DNA of 64,000 nt from NCBI GenBank assembly GCA_016748015.1, contig JAAOMT010000222.1, forward strand, positions 375,924 to 439,923. The letters run 5' to 3'. The notes below the pieces were generated by a model. It searched no databases. It had not been told where the DNA came from and was given only the letters and a program-made list of their open reading frames with translations. The DNA is from Geosiphon pyriformis uo1 (lineage: Eukaryota; Fungi; Glomeromycota). The position numbers were made by a program, and so were the translations under genes. Below are positions 51,651 to 64,000 of this stretch, piece by piece (position 1 is the stretch's first letter; the number at the start of each line of letters is the position of its first letter).

Positions 51651-52699
51651 AAAATAATAATATAATAGCACATATCAACAAATAAAATTAGAAAACATAA
51701 TATGCATATAATAATGTAAAAAATGTACACAAATACACACAATTTAATATAATTATAAACAAATAAGTTAAAAAATACTTACAGTTAAACAGAAGACTTA
51801 ATAACTTAGCAATTATTTACTAATCAATTAAAATAGGCATAATTATATATAACTCAAAATATGAATATATACAATAACTTTTTAATTAGAAAAAAAACAG
51901 ACAGAAAGAAAATAATAAAAAATAAAAAAAAAAGTCAATTAAATAAAATAAATAAAAAAAGATAGAAAAATTAGATTATAATTCAAAAAAACCTAAAAAG
52001 TGTGTTTTTCAAGCTTTGTATTATAATATTTACTAATACTAAGATCAATAAAATTGAAGATCTTCTCTCTTGATAATCCAATTTCTTACTAATAATCAAA
52101 AGAGTCATTATTTTTTCTTCTACTATTGTCTTTCTATTAATAAAAACAACAATAAAAACATTTAATATACTAATAAAAACAGAAATAAAATCTAAGCTTA
52201 AAAATATTAAAAACATATTAAAAAGAATATTAATTATATAAAATTTCTTAAAAATTATTCATAATAATATCTTGGCCAAAATTAACAATTAACTTAAAAA
52301 TTCAGAATAAGCTCTTTATATTTTTAGAAAATAATTTCTAATCAAGATTATTTTACAAATAATAATTTTGTTGAATTCTACTTTTTATTTTTATTTTTTT
52401 TAAATTTATTAAAAATAAGATATTACTTTACTACAAGTAAAGAAATACAGACATCTGGTATTAATACAAGATAAAAAAAAGTATTTTTACAGAAATTTTA
52501 AGAAAAGACACAATTGAAAATATAAAATATAGAAATATGACAAAAATTTTTCTTAAAAAACTAGCATAGCAGTAGCTATTAACAGCAATTTTGATAGAAA
52601 TATTATGCTACACACTAAATTTAATAAAAAAAATACTTAACAAAAAATATTATCTAATATCTGCTAGAAAATTAGAAAAAACTTACTAAGTTAATTTTT

Positions 52700-55600
52700 A
52701 AAGACTTATTAATAGTTAAATTAATCTATTGTCTAATATACAGTTTATTTTTTACTAAATGATTTTATGACTAGCAAGTGGTATTTGGTATGCTTTTTAT
52801 TTAATTAACATAATATTTTTAGTTTTAATCTAGTGTTAGATAATATCTGTTCTACCAAATTTATTTTTACTACTAAAGATATTATTAAAGTTATTAAGTA
52901 ATAGCTTAAGTTTTATTCTTTAAAATATATCTAAATTTTCTTATTTGTTTTAACTGTTTTGGCTATAGCAAATAGCATTTTTTTTGTTCATAAATAGTTT
53001 ATAATATAATGATTACATATTCACAAAGTTGTAAAAAATTTGGAATAATAATTAATATTTAATTTTTAATTTTAACATTTAAGTATTCAATGATAGTTTT
53101 GTTTGGTATTTTTATTGAGTTTTCAATTATGTTGTATATTAGAATTTTGATGTGTTTATGATTTTTGGTTAGTATGTATAGATTAGTAATAACAATATCT
53201 CTTAACTTACAAATAGTAAATTCTACTTTAAAAATCTGAAGTTGATTTTCACTTTTTTTTCAATAGTTAATATATAATAATTATATAATAGAATAAAAAT
53301 TAATTAATAAATAGAAATAATTTTTTCCTGATTAATTATTTTTTTTGCTATGTTGACTGGTAATTTTATTTTTTTTGTTAATCTGAACTTATTTATTTCT
53401 TTTGCTCTTATCCCTAACTTTTTTTTGTTTTTATTAACACTAATTAAGCTATTTATATCAAAGATAAAAATATTATCTGTGTTATTTTTTTATTTGGTTC
53501 AATAATATATGCTTTTTTTAATTTGTTTTATAATATTATAATAATATTTTTTATATATTTTACATTAATTATTTCTTTTTTAATGTTAATTTTTTTTTGT
53601 TAAACTAGATTTAAAAGCTAATTAAATTATTATAGTTGTTGGAATTTTTAGTATTATATTTAAATTTATGCTGATATGTAAATAAGATTCTAATATAATA
53701 ACAGCTTTTTTGGAATATCTGAAATTAAACTTTATATCAGTATTATTTATGTGTTTTGGCATAATATTTTTATTATTATTACTAAATTATTTAAGTTTTT
53801 ACTTTATTAAAAAATCTGAAAGTGCAATATATTGTTTAGAGTTAGAATTAAAGTTTAAATTATTATTGCTGTTATTGTTATTATGAATAGTATTAAAACT
53901 ATTATTGTTATTATTATTGGAGTTTGAATTGTAATTAAATTTTGATTCCAATTTCGAAATACACTTATTGATTGGTTTTTCTTATTTAGAAATTAAATAA
54001 ATTATGTATGATTGTGAATTGTAAATAAAGTTATAATTATTACAATATTTAAAATTACTAGAAATTAGACAATATTTACAAAGTCTAATGTTTAATTATT
54101 TTAAATACTACTCTTGTTTTTCTTATATAGATATTAGATTTTGGTAATATTTATAAAATTGTTTTGAATTACTTATAATATCAACAAAAATGTTTGAGTT
54201 TGAAATGAAATGGTTTTGACAGATTTAAGTAGATTGTTTTTAATTGTTAATATTTTATTGGTATTTGTTATTTTTCAGATTTTGTTTTTGTTATGTGAAT
54301 AATTATTATTACAAGTAATTAATATTTTTTAATCAAACAATAATAACATGAATGAAATAATAATGGATAATTTTATTGATATAAGTATTATTTTACTTTA
54401 AGTTATAGAAAACTATTTTTTGTAGAAAGGAATATTAAATAATTATTGATTTTTAACTACTGTTCTGTTTTTTCTGCTTCTAATACTTTTACTATATATA
54501 CATAATTCTTATTATACAAAATTTTATACATTCTTAAACAATATGCCATAATTTTTTAATAATGTGTTTATTTGTTGAGTATTATTTTTCTATTGGTCTA
54601 TTTTTATTATTTGTTTTTTGTACTTTTTTTTTGTACTTTTTTTCTATGAGTAATATTATTTAAGCATAAAAAAGCTTTGTTCTATGTAGTATTAAAAAGC
54701 ATTTTTTTGTTTACTTAATTACTAATAAGAATCATATATTGACATATTTTTTCTTAACCAATAATGTTATTTTACATTCTTTTATTGAGTAAAGTTTCTT
54801 TACAGGCTAAACAAAATTTATTGTTCTATTTTTTTTGTTGTTTTGGTTATTCAAATCGTTTTTAATAACAGACTTTGTAATAATAATATATTTTTTTTAT
54901 ATTTTTTTTAAGTAATATACAAGCTTCTATAGATAAAAGCTTTTTGTTACAATCTATATATATTAACTATTAACTGGTTTATTTGTAAAGATAATAATTT
55001 GAGATTTGTTTTTTTTTTCTTTTGCTTTTTTTTTATGTGAATATTGGTGACAATTTATTGTATTTTTTTTTGGCCCATAATATTTGGTATGCTTTTCAAA
55101 TAGGTTTTTTTTTCAAATTTGATTAGTAATATTGATTAGGTAGTAATAATTGTTTTAAAGTGAATATAAATATCTAAAACCTGATTATGCTGTTTAACAA
55201 AAGTTTTTGAATGTTCTAGTTGAACACAGTATTGGTCTTAAATAGTTAGTTATTATTAATTAAAGCTTAATATTGTGTGGTTTTTATGACTAAAACTTTA
55301 ATTAAGACAATAATATTATTGACTTCAAAAAAAAAGTCATTAATTTTATCAATAGAAGTCTTTATTGCTCTATCAACAATAATAATTTTAGTATTAACAG
55401 CTTAATTAATTTTGCAAACTAACTGGTTTATAAGTTGTTATATAATAATGCTGTCTGTTAAACTATTATTAAGAATTAGTTTAATAGATTGGTCATTAAC
55501 TTTGATATTAGTATATATAACAGTAATTGGTTTAGTATTAAGAATGATTTCACTAAATAACAGAGTTTTAATTTGGTCTTCCAGCTCAAAAGAAAATATA

Positions 55601-58600
55601 ACAACAAATAATTTATTTTTAATAATAGTTGTTAATAAGATATTGTTAATAAGTTGTAGTTTTAGTTTTTTTGGGTTGTTGAATTGGGTATTTTTTGGAG
55701 TAACCAAGAAGCTTAAATAGTTCTGTGAATTTGGGTTTTAAACATATCTACTTTTCAAACTTGGCTGGCATAATTTTAATGACTAGTTCAATAAACTAGT
55801 AATTAGTTAGTATATTATTATTGCTGATTTTTAATTTTGTTGAGTATACATAATTTTTGGCCTTTGATTTCTGATAAGTATTTAAGTTGGATGTTAAAAC
55901 AGTAGTTAAATTTGCTAAAGTTAATATATTACTTATGATTATAGTGCTTAATAAATTATTAATATTGAGACTTAATAGATTAAAAATAAATATATTAGTT
56001 GTTGTATTATTTGTATATAATGAGATTAATATTAATATTGTTTTGTTACTAAGTTGTTAACATAGTTTAAGATCTGAAACTGTGATTGGAATTTCAGTAT
56101 TGATTTTCTGATTATGAATTATTAAACCTGAAGCAGTAATCTGTTTTTAGATGATTTTATTTATTATAATAATGACAATTGTGCATTTTTTGTTGTCATA
56201 ATTGATTTGCTAATACTAATAATAATAATAAATATGACTGATTTTGGAATTAATTGGAGTTTTTTTAATTGTTATAACATTAAAAAGACTAATAAATTGC
56301 TTAATTGTTAACTAAGTATTCTTCTAATTTTTGATTAATGAATTTACTAAACTACTTTAATTTTAAATTCAAATCAAATATTTATTTATTATTAAGTTTA
56401 TGGCTTAAGTATAATTGGCTTTAAGCTTGGCTAATTTAAAATCTCTGACATAAGTTACTGTATTTTATAGAGTATTTAGATATAATAGCCATATTTATCA
56501 CAAAAAATTGCTGTATAATCTGTAGATAAACTGATTTAAAATCTGAGATGCTATAAAATAGTTAGTGTTAATTGTTTGAATTTGGCACAAATTTTTATAA
56601 AAACATCTTAAATAAATTGTACTGCTTTAGTATTATTTTGTTTAAAAGTAATAAAGCCAGTTAATAAGTAGTTAATCTTATTATAATCATTAAAATACTA
56701 TAGAAATACAGTTTTAAATACATTAAAGTTATTAAGTTTATTTACATGACTTTAATATTATAAGTTGGTAATATTTTGTAGAAAATATGAAATTACTTGG
56801 AAGACTCTAGCATCATTCCAATCATTGGCTGCAATAGCTTTTAGAATATTGTTTAACCAGGCTTAAATATTGTCTTTTTTACCAATAAATTTTTTTAATT
56901 TGGTAATTAGTGTGTATATTATTAGTGCAAATAGTTATTGTTGTGGTTGTTAAAAAATAACTATTAATGTAATTAGTGGTAAATTGGTTTTAATAATTGG
57001 AAGTATGTTTTATTAAATAATAAGGATAGAATTTGAATTGTTTAGGTTTTGCTAAATTTAAACAATTGGAGTTTATATTTCTGGTGAAATCAGGTTTTGC
57101 TTATTATTTTTCTGATTATTGTCTTTTTTTTTCTGAATTGATGTCTGTTCAATTACTGATAGATCTGAAATTAGGTTGAAATAATGATAATCAAAGTTTT
57201 AATAATATTGTTAATTATAATTTAAATTCTTTAAAATAATTGCTATAGATTTCTAGCAGTTTAGATTTTTTTTGATTGTTTTAAAATAAAACTTTTGCAA
57301 CAATTGGTTTTGTTGTTAATGATAATACAAATCTTAATAGTATGTTGATAGTACTTTCAAAAGTATAATAGTAAGATAAATATAATAAAAAAACAACTTT
57401 AGGTTTCTTCTAATTAGGTAGTTGTATTGATTTAAGTATATTTGTTAATATTTGTATTTTGTTTTTGTCTTTGTCTGTAAATATAATTGGAAATTTTTGC
57501 TGAGTATATCTTTTAATTTCGTAATTTATTTCAATAATTATTGTAATCAAATTGTAATTCTGTAATAAGTTAGTATGTTAAAATAATTTGTTATAAAAAT
57601 TTCTTTTTGCTGATTTAAAATCTGCTTGTTTTCTTAGAAAATATATAATCTTTTTGTTAATGTAGAAATTAAAGACTGATTCTACTAAAAAATAATTGCT
57701 GGTTAATCAACTGTTTTTAATATTGTTGGAATAAGAATTTTGCAAATTCCAAGTAATTTGCTTTTATAACTTTTAAATTTGCCACTTTTCTGGATGATTA
57801 ATAATAGTGTTTTGTTTTTTGCTAGATTATATTTTATAGAAAGCACCAAATATTACAGATGATTATTTGAAGTGTTGAAATAAATAACAAATTCATAACT
57901 TGGTACTTAATATTTACTTATAATATTGATTTTTGAAGGTTTTCAGAATCTAAAAATTTTGGTGGAGTTTTTTGTAAAATAGATAAAGATTTAAATAATA
58001 GTTTTTTCTATAAAGTTCTTTCTTTAGTGTAATGGCTGATTTAATCTGGCAGTTATGTCCTTTTAGTAAGCTATTTTTTTATTTGAATTTATTACCCTTG
58101 TTTTATGGTTTTTTACTAAACTATTTTTAACATTAATATTTTAATACTTAATTCCTTAATCAATTAGTAAATAACAAAAAAACAAAAAAACAAAAAAAAT
58201 AATAAGTTAATATTTTATTAATAATTATAATTAAAAGCTATTGGTTCAGTATAGTTAAATAGTAAATACTATTAACATGAGTTGTTAATAAAGTTGAAAA
58301 ATGAGAATATTAATTTTATAAAGAGAATAATATGAATTAAATAATAAAATAATGATTTTATTTGATATTTGGATAATTTCATTTTAAGATATAGAATACT
58401 ATTTTTTAAAAAGAAGAGTATGTTATAAATATTTATTGTTAATTAACTACAAACTTGTTTAAATATGAATTGTGTAAATTGTATCTCAATTAAATAAATA
58501 AATTAAATTTCTCAATTCTAATACTACTGCTATATATACATAATTTCTGTTATATAAGATCTTATATATTTTTATTTTTTTTTATATTATTTTCTAAAAC

Positions 58601-58826
58601 TGTGTACATTCTTGAACAATATGTTATAAATTTTTAAAAATATGCTTATTTTTTGTAAATGTGCACATTCTTGAGCAATGTGCCATAATTTTTTAAAAAT
58701 ATGCTTATTTTTTGTGAATATATATATTCTTAAAAATGTTTTTACATATTAAGTCTTATTTTTTTATTGGCTTATTTTTTTAATCTGTTTTTTTTATTTT
58801 TTTGTATCTTTTTTCTATGAGTAACA
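52700..58826 (-). mobile_element. Element E: 3'-truncated B/D-family Gypsy (5' LTR, gag, PR, Cys-rich, dUTPase, start of RT)
   Basis: 5' LTR 57851-58826 with ~59-bp tandem units at ~58600-58730; PBS (revcomp TGGTGCTTTCTAT) at 57836-57848. The reverse complement is colinear with B/D. dUTPase at ~53375-53762. The element breaks off early in RT at ~52700. Confidence 0.82.
54307..54655 (-). mobile_element. Internally deleted solo LTR (349 bp) inserted in the Cys-rich region of element E
   Basis: Both LTR termini are retained (TATTACAAG... / ...GAGTAATA) with a TTAT TSD on each side. Its removal restores sequence matching element G at ~61700-61720. Confidence 0.75.
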
Positions 58827-60344
58827 ACATTAATACCAGAATAAATTATTACATAAAAAAAAATCACACAAAACAAAACTCTAATTATATAAAAAATTAT
58901 TTTAGTTTATTACAAAAAAAATAATAGTAATAGCTATGACTATTGTTTAAATTTATTACAAAAATAAGCAATATGTTAATAAAAATTATCTAATATTTAC
59001 AAAAAACATCAGAAAATACATTTACTATTCAGAAATTAATTATAAAAAAAATCAGCAAAAATTAAAAACATCTATTTAAATGCTCAAGAATAATATTATA
59101 TAATTAGTAAAAAACAATATCTTTATTTACCAAAAGAAAGATTTTACTATTTTTCTCTAAATAATAAAGTCTAATTTTTATTAAAAACTATATGATTATT
59201 TATATTAACTTTACAAATACCAAAATTTTTTAATTATATTAAAAAGTTTAAACAATATAATTAGAAAAATATACCAATTACAAAAAAAATTTATTGTTAT
59301 TCTAAAAACTTTTTTTCAATTTAAATTCAGAGCAAAATTTAAAAATTATAAAGAAAAGTTTAAATTAAAATTTAAAAAAAAAATCAGTAAAAAAACAATT
59401 ACAATACTAATTACTAAAACAAAAAACCAGTTTAAAAACCAAAAAACTTATGACCAAAAAAAACCCAAATATAAGAGAAGTTATCTTTAAGAATGTTTAA
59501 AAAAATATTTTTTCATTTTTTTTTAGACTAATAAATCTATTAACAAGAAACAACAATAAAATGATTACATTATATATTATATAATTAACAGATTTCTTGG
59601 AAAAAATAAATAAATGTGTATATATGATTTAAAAAACACAAAATGCTATTTAGACAAATAATTAAAATAATTAAAAGACAACCCAAATATTTTTTTTTTT
59701 CTAAAAAACACTGCTAACTCGTAATATTAAAGCTTAAAAACAAAACTCATAAACTTTGTTCAATTTAAAAACATATTTTTAAAGTATTTTAGCAATCTAA
59801 ATATTATAATTCAATTATAAAACAAATTTAATATTATTAAGCAAAGTACAAATAAAACTGTTATTTAATATCTTGCTTAATTTAATTATTAAATTAAAGC
59901 AATTAAGCAAAAATATTATACTGATTTTCAGGTTTTAAATTAATTTATTAGAGAATTAAAAAGCAGTATTTTAAAAAAAGTATGTTTTGCTTACTTTAAT
60001 TTTTTATTAAAAGTTATTATATCTATTAAAACTTTTGTATTAGTTGAAAAAAAAGCTAATTATAGTCAAACAATTAACATAGTAATTAAGAAAAACAAAA
60101 CTAAAACTTTAAAGAAAAAAATAACACAATTAAGAAAAAAGCTTTTAAAAAAAATAGAAAATTATCTTGTTTTAGATTTAAAAAAAAATATTTTTACCAA
60201 ACATCTTAAAGATAAAACCAAGAATTTTATGACAGTTCACAAAATTAATTATTATAACAAAAATATAAAACTAAAACATATAACTATTATTATTACAAAG
60301 ATATTAAATATTTAATTAGTTAATATTAAACATAAATAATATAT
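58827..60344 (+). pseudogene. Element F: gag fragment of another Gypsy family
   Basis: Decayed capsid-like motifs, e.g. FFFLKNTANS*Y*SL, FNIIKQST, VLN*FIRELKSSIL, EKKANYSQTINIV, related to the gag of B/C/D. Confidence 0.6.
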
Positions 60345-63300
60345 TGTTACAAATAACAAACTCATAATTTGGTGCTCAATAGCTGTTAATAATAGTAATT
60401 TCTGAAGATTTTAGAGTTTAAAAGTTTTGATTAAGTTCTTTATATAATAAACAGAAATTTAATTGCTGGTTTTCTTTTGTGAATTTTTTTTTGGTGTGGT
60501 GGCTGGTTTATTTTGGCAGTTATGCTTTTTTGGTAAGTTATTTTTAAGTTTTTCTATACTTGTTTTATGGATTTTTTATCAAACTATTTTTAATATCAAT
60601 TACTTAGTGCTTAATCTCTTAATTATTTAATAATAATAAAAAAATGAAACAATAAAAAATAAAAAAAATAAAAAATAAAAATAAAAAATTAGTATCTTAT
60701 TAATAACCATGATTAAGAGTTATTGGTTTAATATAGTTAAGTATTAAATTCTATTAACATAAATTGTTAATAGTGTAAAATGAATTAATATTTCTTAATT
60801 AAGCAATGATAACATGGATTAGATAATAATAGATATTTTTATTGATATAGTTATGCTTTCATTTTAAGTTATAGAAAACTATCTTTTGAAAGAAGAAATA
60901 TTAGATAATTATTTGTCTTTAACTGTTCTTTCTAATTTTGAATTAAATACTTTTTTCTGTTTCTAATATTTTTACTATATATACATAATTAGTGTTATAT
61001 AAGATTTCTTAAAATCTTTTAATTCCTTTAAAAAAAATCCTAAAATCTTGAAATTTTGAAATTCTGCAATTTTTTTTTTACTATGCTCCTTTTTTATTGG
61101 CTATTTTTTACTTATTATGATTCTTATTTCTATGAGTAATAATATATTTTTTTTTAATATTAAGTTCTATTAAGATTTCTTAAATTTTCTAGTTCTTTTA
61201 AATCATTTTTTTGGATTAATTCTATTGTTTTTGTCATTGGTATTTTTACCATTATTATTTTTTATATATTGCTATTGTAAACAGAATTGGGATTTATTGT
61301 TATTATTATTATCAAAATTTGAATTATAATTGAATTTCAATTCTGATTTCAAAGTGTATTTACTAATTGGTTTTTTTTTAGAAATCAAATAGATTATGCA
61401 TAATAATGAATTGTAAATAAGATTACAATTATTACAATATTTGAAATCACTAAAAATTAAGCAATGTTTATAAAATTTAGTATTTAATTGTTTTAAATAC
61501 TACTCTTATTTTTTTTTAATAAGTATTAGATCTTAGTAATATTCATAAAATTGCTTTGAATTATTCAATATGTTAACAAAGATGTCTGGATTTGGGATAA
61601 AAATGGTTTTGATGGGTTTTGGTAGATTGTTTTTAATAATTAATATTTTGCTAAATGAAGTGCCTTTAATTTTGGCACTTGTTATTTTCCAAATTTTATC
61701 TTTATTGTGTAAATAATTATTTAAACATAAAAAAACTCTGTTTTATACAACATTAAAAAACATTTTTCTACTTATTCAATTGCTAATAAGAATTGTGTAT
61801 TAACTTAATACATTACATGTTTTTCCACAATCAAGAATGTTATTTTACATTTTTTTATTGAGTAAAGTTTCTTTATAAGTAAAACATAATTTGTTGTTCT
61901 ATATTTTTTGTTATTTTGAATAATCAAAGTGTTCTTAGTGACATGTTTTACAATAATAGTAAGTATATGTTTTATAGTTTTTTTTGAATAAGATCTAAGC
62001 TTTTATAAAAAAAAGTTTTTTCTTGCAATTTTTATATTTGAATACAATATAAAGTAGTTGTTTTCTTGGTTTTAGAGTCAAATATAGTTTATGTCAACTG
62101 CTGGCTGTGTTTTTAATAACAGTGGCTTAAGATTTGTTTTTTTTTTTTTTTTTTTTTTTTTTGTCATTCTAAGAAAATATTAGTAATAATTTGTTGTGCT
62201 TGTTTTTAATCCATAAAATTTAATAGACTTTTCAAATAGGTTTTTTTTTCTTCTTTTAATTTTATTAGTAACTGTAATTGAATTGTTTTAAAGTAACCAC
62301 AAATAGCTAGTATCTGAATATGCTAACCATTTTGACTGAACTATAACTTTTGAGTATTTCAGTTAAACACAATATTAGTCTTAAACAGTTAGTTATTACC
62401 AATAAGAGCTTAGTATTGTATGGCTTTCATAACAAAAACTTTAATAAGTGCAATAATGCTATTGATTTCAAAAAGACAATTATCAATTTTACCAATAAGA
62501 GTTTTAATTATTTTATTAACTGTAATGATTTTAGCACTGATAGTACAATTAACTCTGTAACTTAATTGGTTTATATGTTGTCATGTGATAATGCTGTTTA
62601 CTAACTTATTATTAAAAATTAGTTTGATAGATTGGCCATTAATTTTGGCATTAGTATATATTGTAGTAATTGATTTAACATTAAGAATAACTTCATTAAA
62701 TAAAAGTATTATTGTTGATTCTTCTAATTTAAAAAGAAATATGACTATTAATGACTTATTTTTAGCTACTATTACTAGTAAAATATTATTGGTGAGTGGT
62801 TTTGAATTGGTTTCTAATGATTTGGGTGTTGTAATTTTTGGAGTTATTAAAAAACTTAAATAGTTTTGAGAATTTAGGTTTTAAGTATACTTATTTTTGG
62901 AATTTCTTAAATGTGATCCTGATGGCTGGTTGAATAAACTGAAGATTAGTTGATACATAACCATCACTAATATTTAATATTGTTAAGTGTAGTTAATTCT
63001 CAATCTGTAGATTCTACTTGATATTAGCACAGTATATTAAAGTAATATTTGAATTGGTTGGAACTAATAGATTACTTGTAATTATAATTAATATATTATT
63101 GGTGCTGGAGTCTAATAAATGGGAGATGAGTATTATTACTCATAAAAATTAAAGATTATAATAAGTAAATAAAATAGCCAATTAGAAATAGGCATAATAA
63201 AAAAAGGAATTGCAAGATTTCAAAATTTTTTTTAAGAAATTGTAAGATTCTAAATTTTCAGAATTTCAGAATTCTTTTTAAAAAAATTAAAAGATTTTAA

Positions 63301-64000
63301 GAAATTATATATAACATAAATTATATATATATAGTAAAAGTATTAAAAACAGAAAAATTATTCAATAGAGTTCAAATTAATTTAAAACAATAATACTTTT
63401 CTTTAAAAGATAGTTTTCTATGACTTGAAGTAGAATTATATTAATATTAATAAAATATCTAATTATTATCTAATTTATGTTATCATTGCTTAATTAAAAA
63501 TATTAATTATTTTTTTTACTATCAACAACTTATGTTGATAAACTTAGATACTTAACTATATTGAAACAATAACTCTTAATTATGATTATTAATAGAATAT
63601 TAATTTCTTATTTTTTTATTTTCTTTTGTTTTATTTTTTGTTGTTTACTAATTAATTAAAAAGATTACTGTGTAATTGATGTCAAAAATAGCCTAGTAAA
63701 AAACCTGGAAACAAGAATAAAAAACTTAAAAATAGCTTATTAAAAGGATACAACTGCCAAAATAAACTGGTTATCATGTTAAAAAAAAATTTACAGAAAA
63801 AACTATTAATTAAATTTCTGTTTATTATACAAAAAACTTAATTAAAACTTTTAGACTTCAAAACCTTCAGAATTACCAATATTTTTAGCTATTAAGCACC
63901 AAGTTACAAGTTTGTTATTTGTTTTAACATTCCAAATAATTATTTGTAATAGTATATTGGTTGTTGTATTATTAATATATAATAAAACTAATATTAATAT
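60345..64000 (-). mobile_element. Element G: B/D-family derivative lacking dUTPase-RT-RH-INT (3' LTR, short 3' tail, Cys-rich region, protease, gag continuing off window)
   Basis: 3' LTR 60345-61141 with an adjacent PPT-like tract at ~61142-61156. The Cys-rich region starts only ~120 bp further on (61260-62050), then protease ~62300-62700 and gag C-terminus beyond. Confidence 0.75.
63134..63951 (+). mobile_element. Solo LTR (B/D-type) inserted in the gag of element G
   Basis: TATTACTCATA...TGTAATA termini and a GTAT TSD on both sides. The flanks rejoin into sequence matching element E at ~55980-56040. Confidence 0.87.

Noticed and set aside
51650-52700. AT-rich stretch with a 77-aa ORF (51983-52216)
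   Set aside because: No recognisable domain or termini. It is probably another decayed repeat but cannot be assigned from sequence alone.
62137-62162. 26-nt poly(T) run as a retroposon poly(A) tail
   Set aside because: It lies inside element G at the position of a Lys/Glu-coding purine tract in B/D/E; it is explained by G>A decay plus slippage, and there is no TSD.
9470-64000. Alternative genetic code or stop-codon readthrough to explain the many in-frame stops
   Set aside because: The stops arise at Trp, Gln and Arg positions, differ between homologous copies (B vs D vs E) and co-occur with other transitions; the three host genes use the standard code.

Overview
Eukaryotic (fungal) genomic DNA with two sharply different parts. 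The gene and transposon families resemble, from recall, those of Glomeromycotina, most closely Geosiphon-type genomes; this is an inference. (1) Positions ~1-8300 hold three intron-rich housekeeping genes: a PMT2-subfamily protein O-mannosyltransferase (- strand, runs off the window start), ERB1/BOP1 (+ strand, head-to-head with PMT2), and a short Acinus-like RRM+RSB splicing factor (- strand). (2) From ~8400 to the end is an extremely AT-rich, almost CpG-free graveyard of dead retroelements that can be unpacked by hand. It starts with an ORF1-only (RRM + CCHC) non-LTR-like element. Next, one LINE ORF2 3' end is split into three pieces over ~39 kb by nested Ty3/Gypsy LTR elements: A contains B and a solo LTR; C contains D, which itself contains a solo C-type LTR. 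Partial elements E, F, G and further solo LTRs follow. The Gypsy elements are unusual. Four carry a dUTPase between protease and RT, and several carry a Cys-rich insert. The four near-complete ones have an extra non-env ORF after integrase and a conserved nucleotide motif before the PPT. The PBS appears to match an elongator tRNA-Met, and all TSDs are 4 bp with a central pyrimidine-purine step. All repeats are riddled with C>T/G>A transitions in CpG and non-CpG contexts (28 transitions : 1 transversion in 260 bp of one LTR pair), suggesting a RIP-like hypermutation system in a non-Dikarya fungus. No RNA genes, CRISPR arrays or prokaryotic features were seen.
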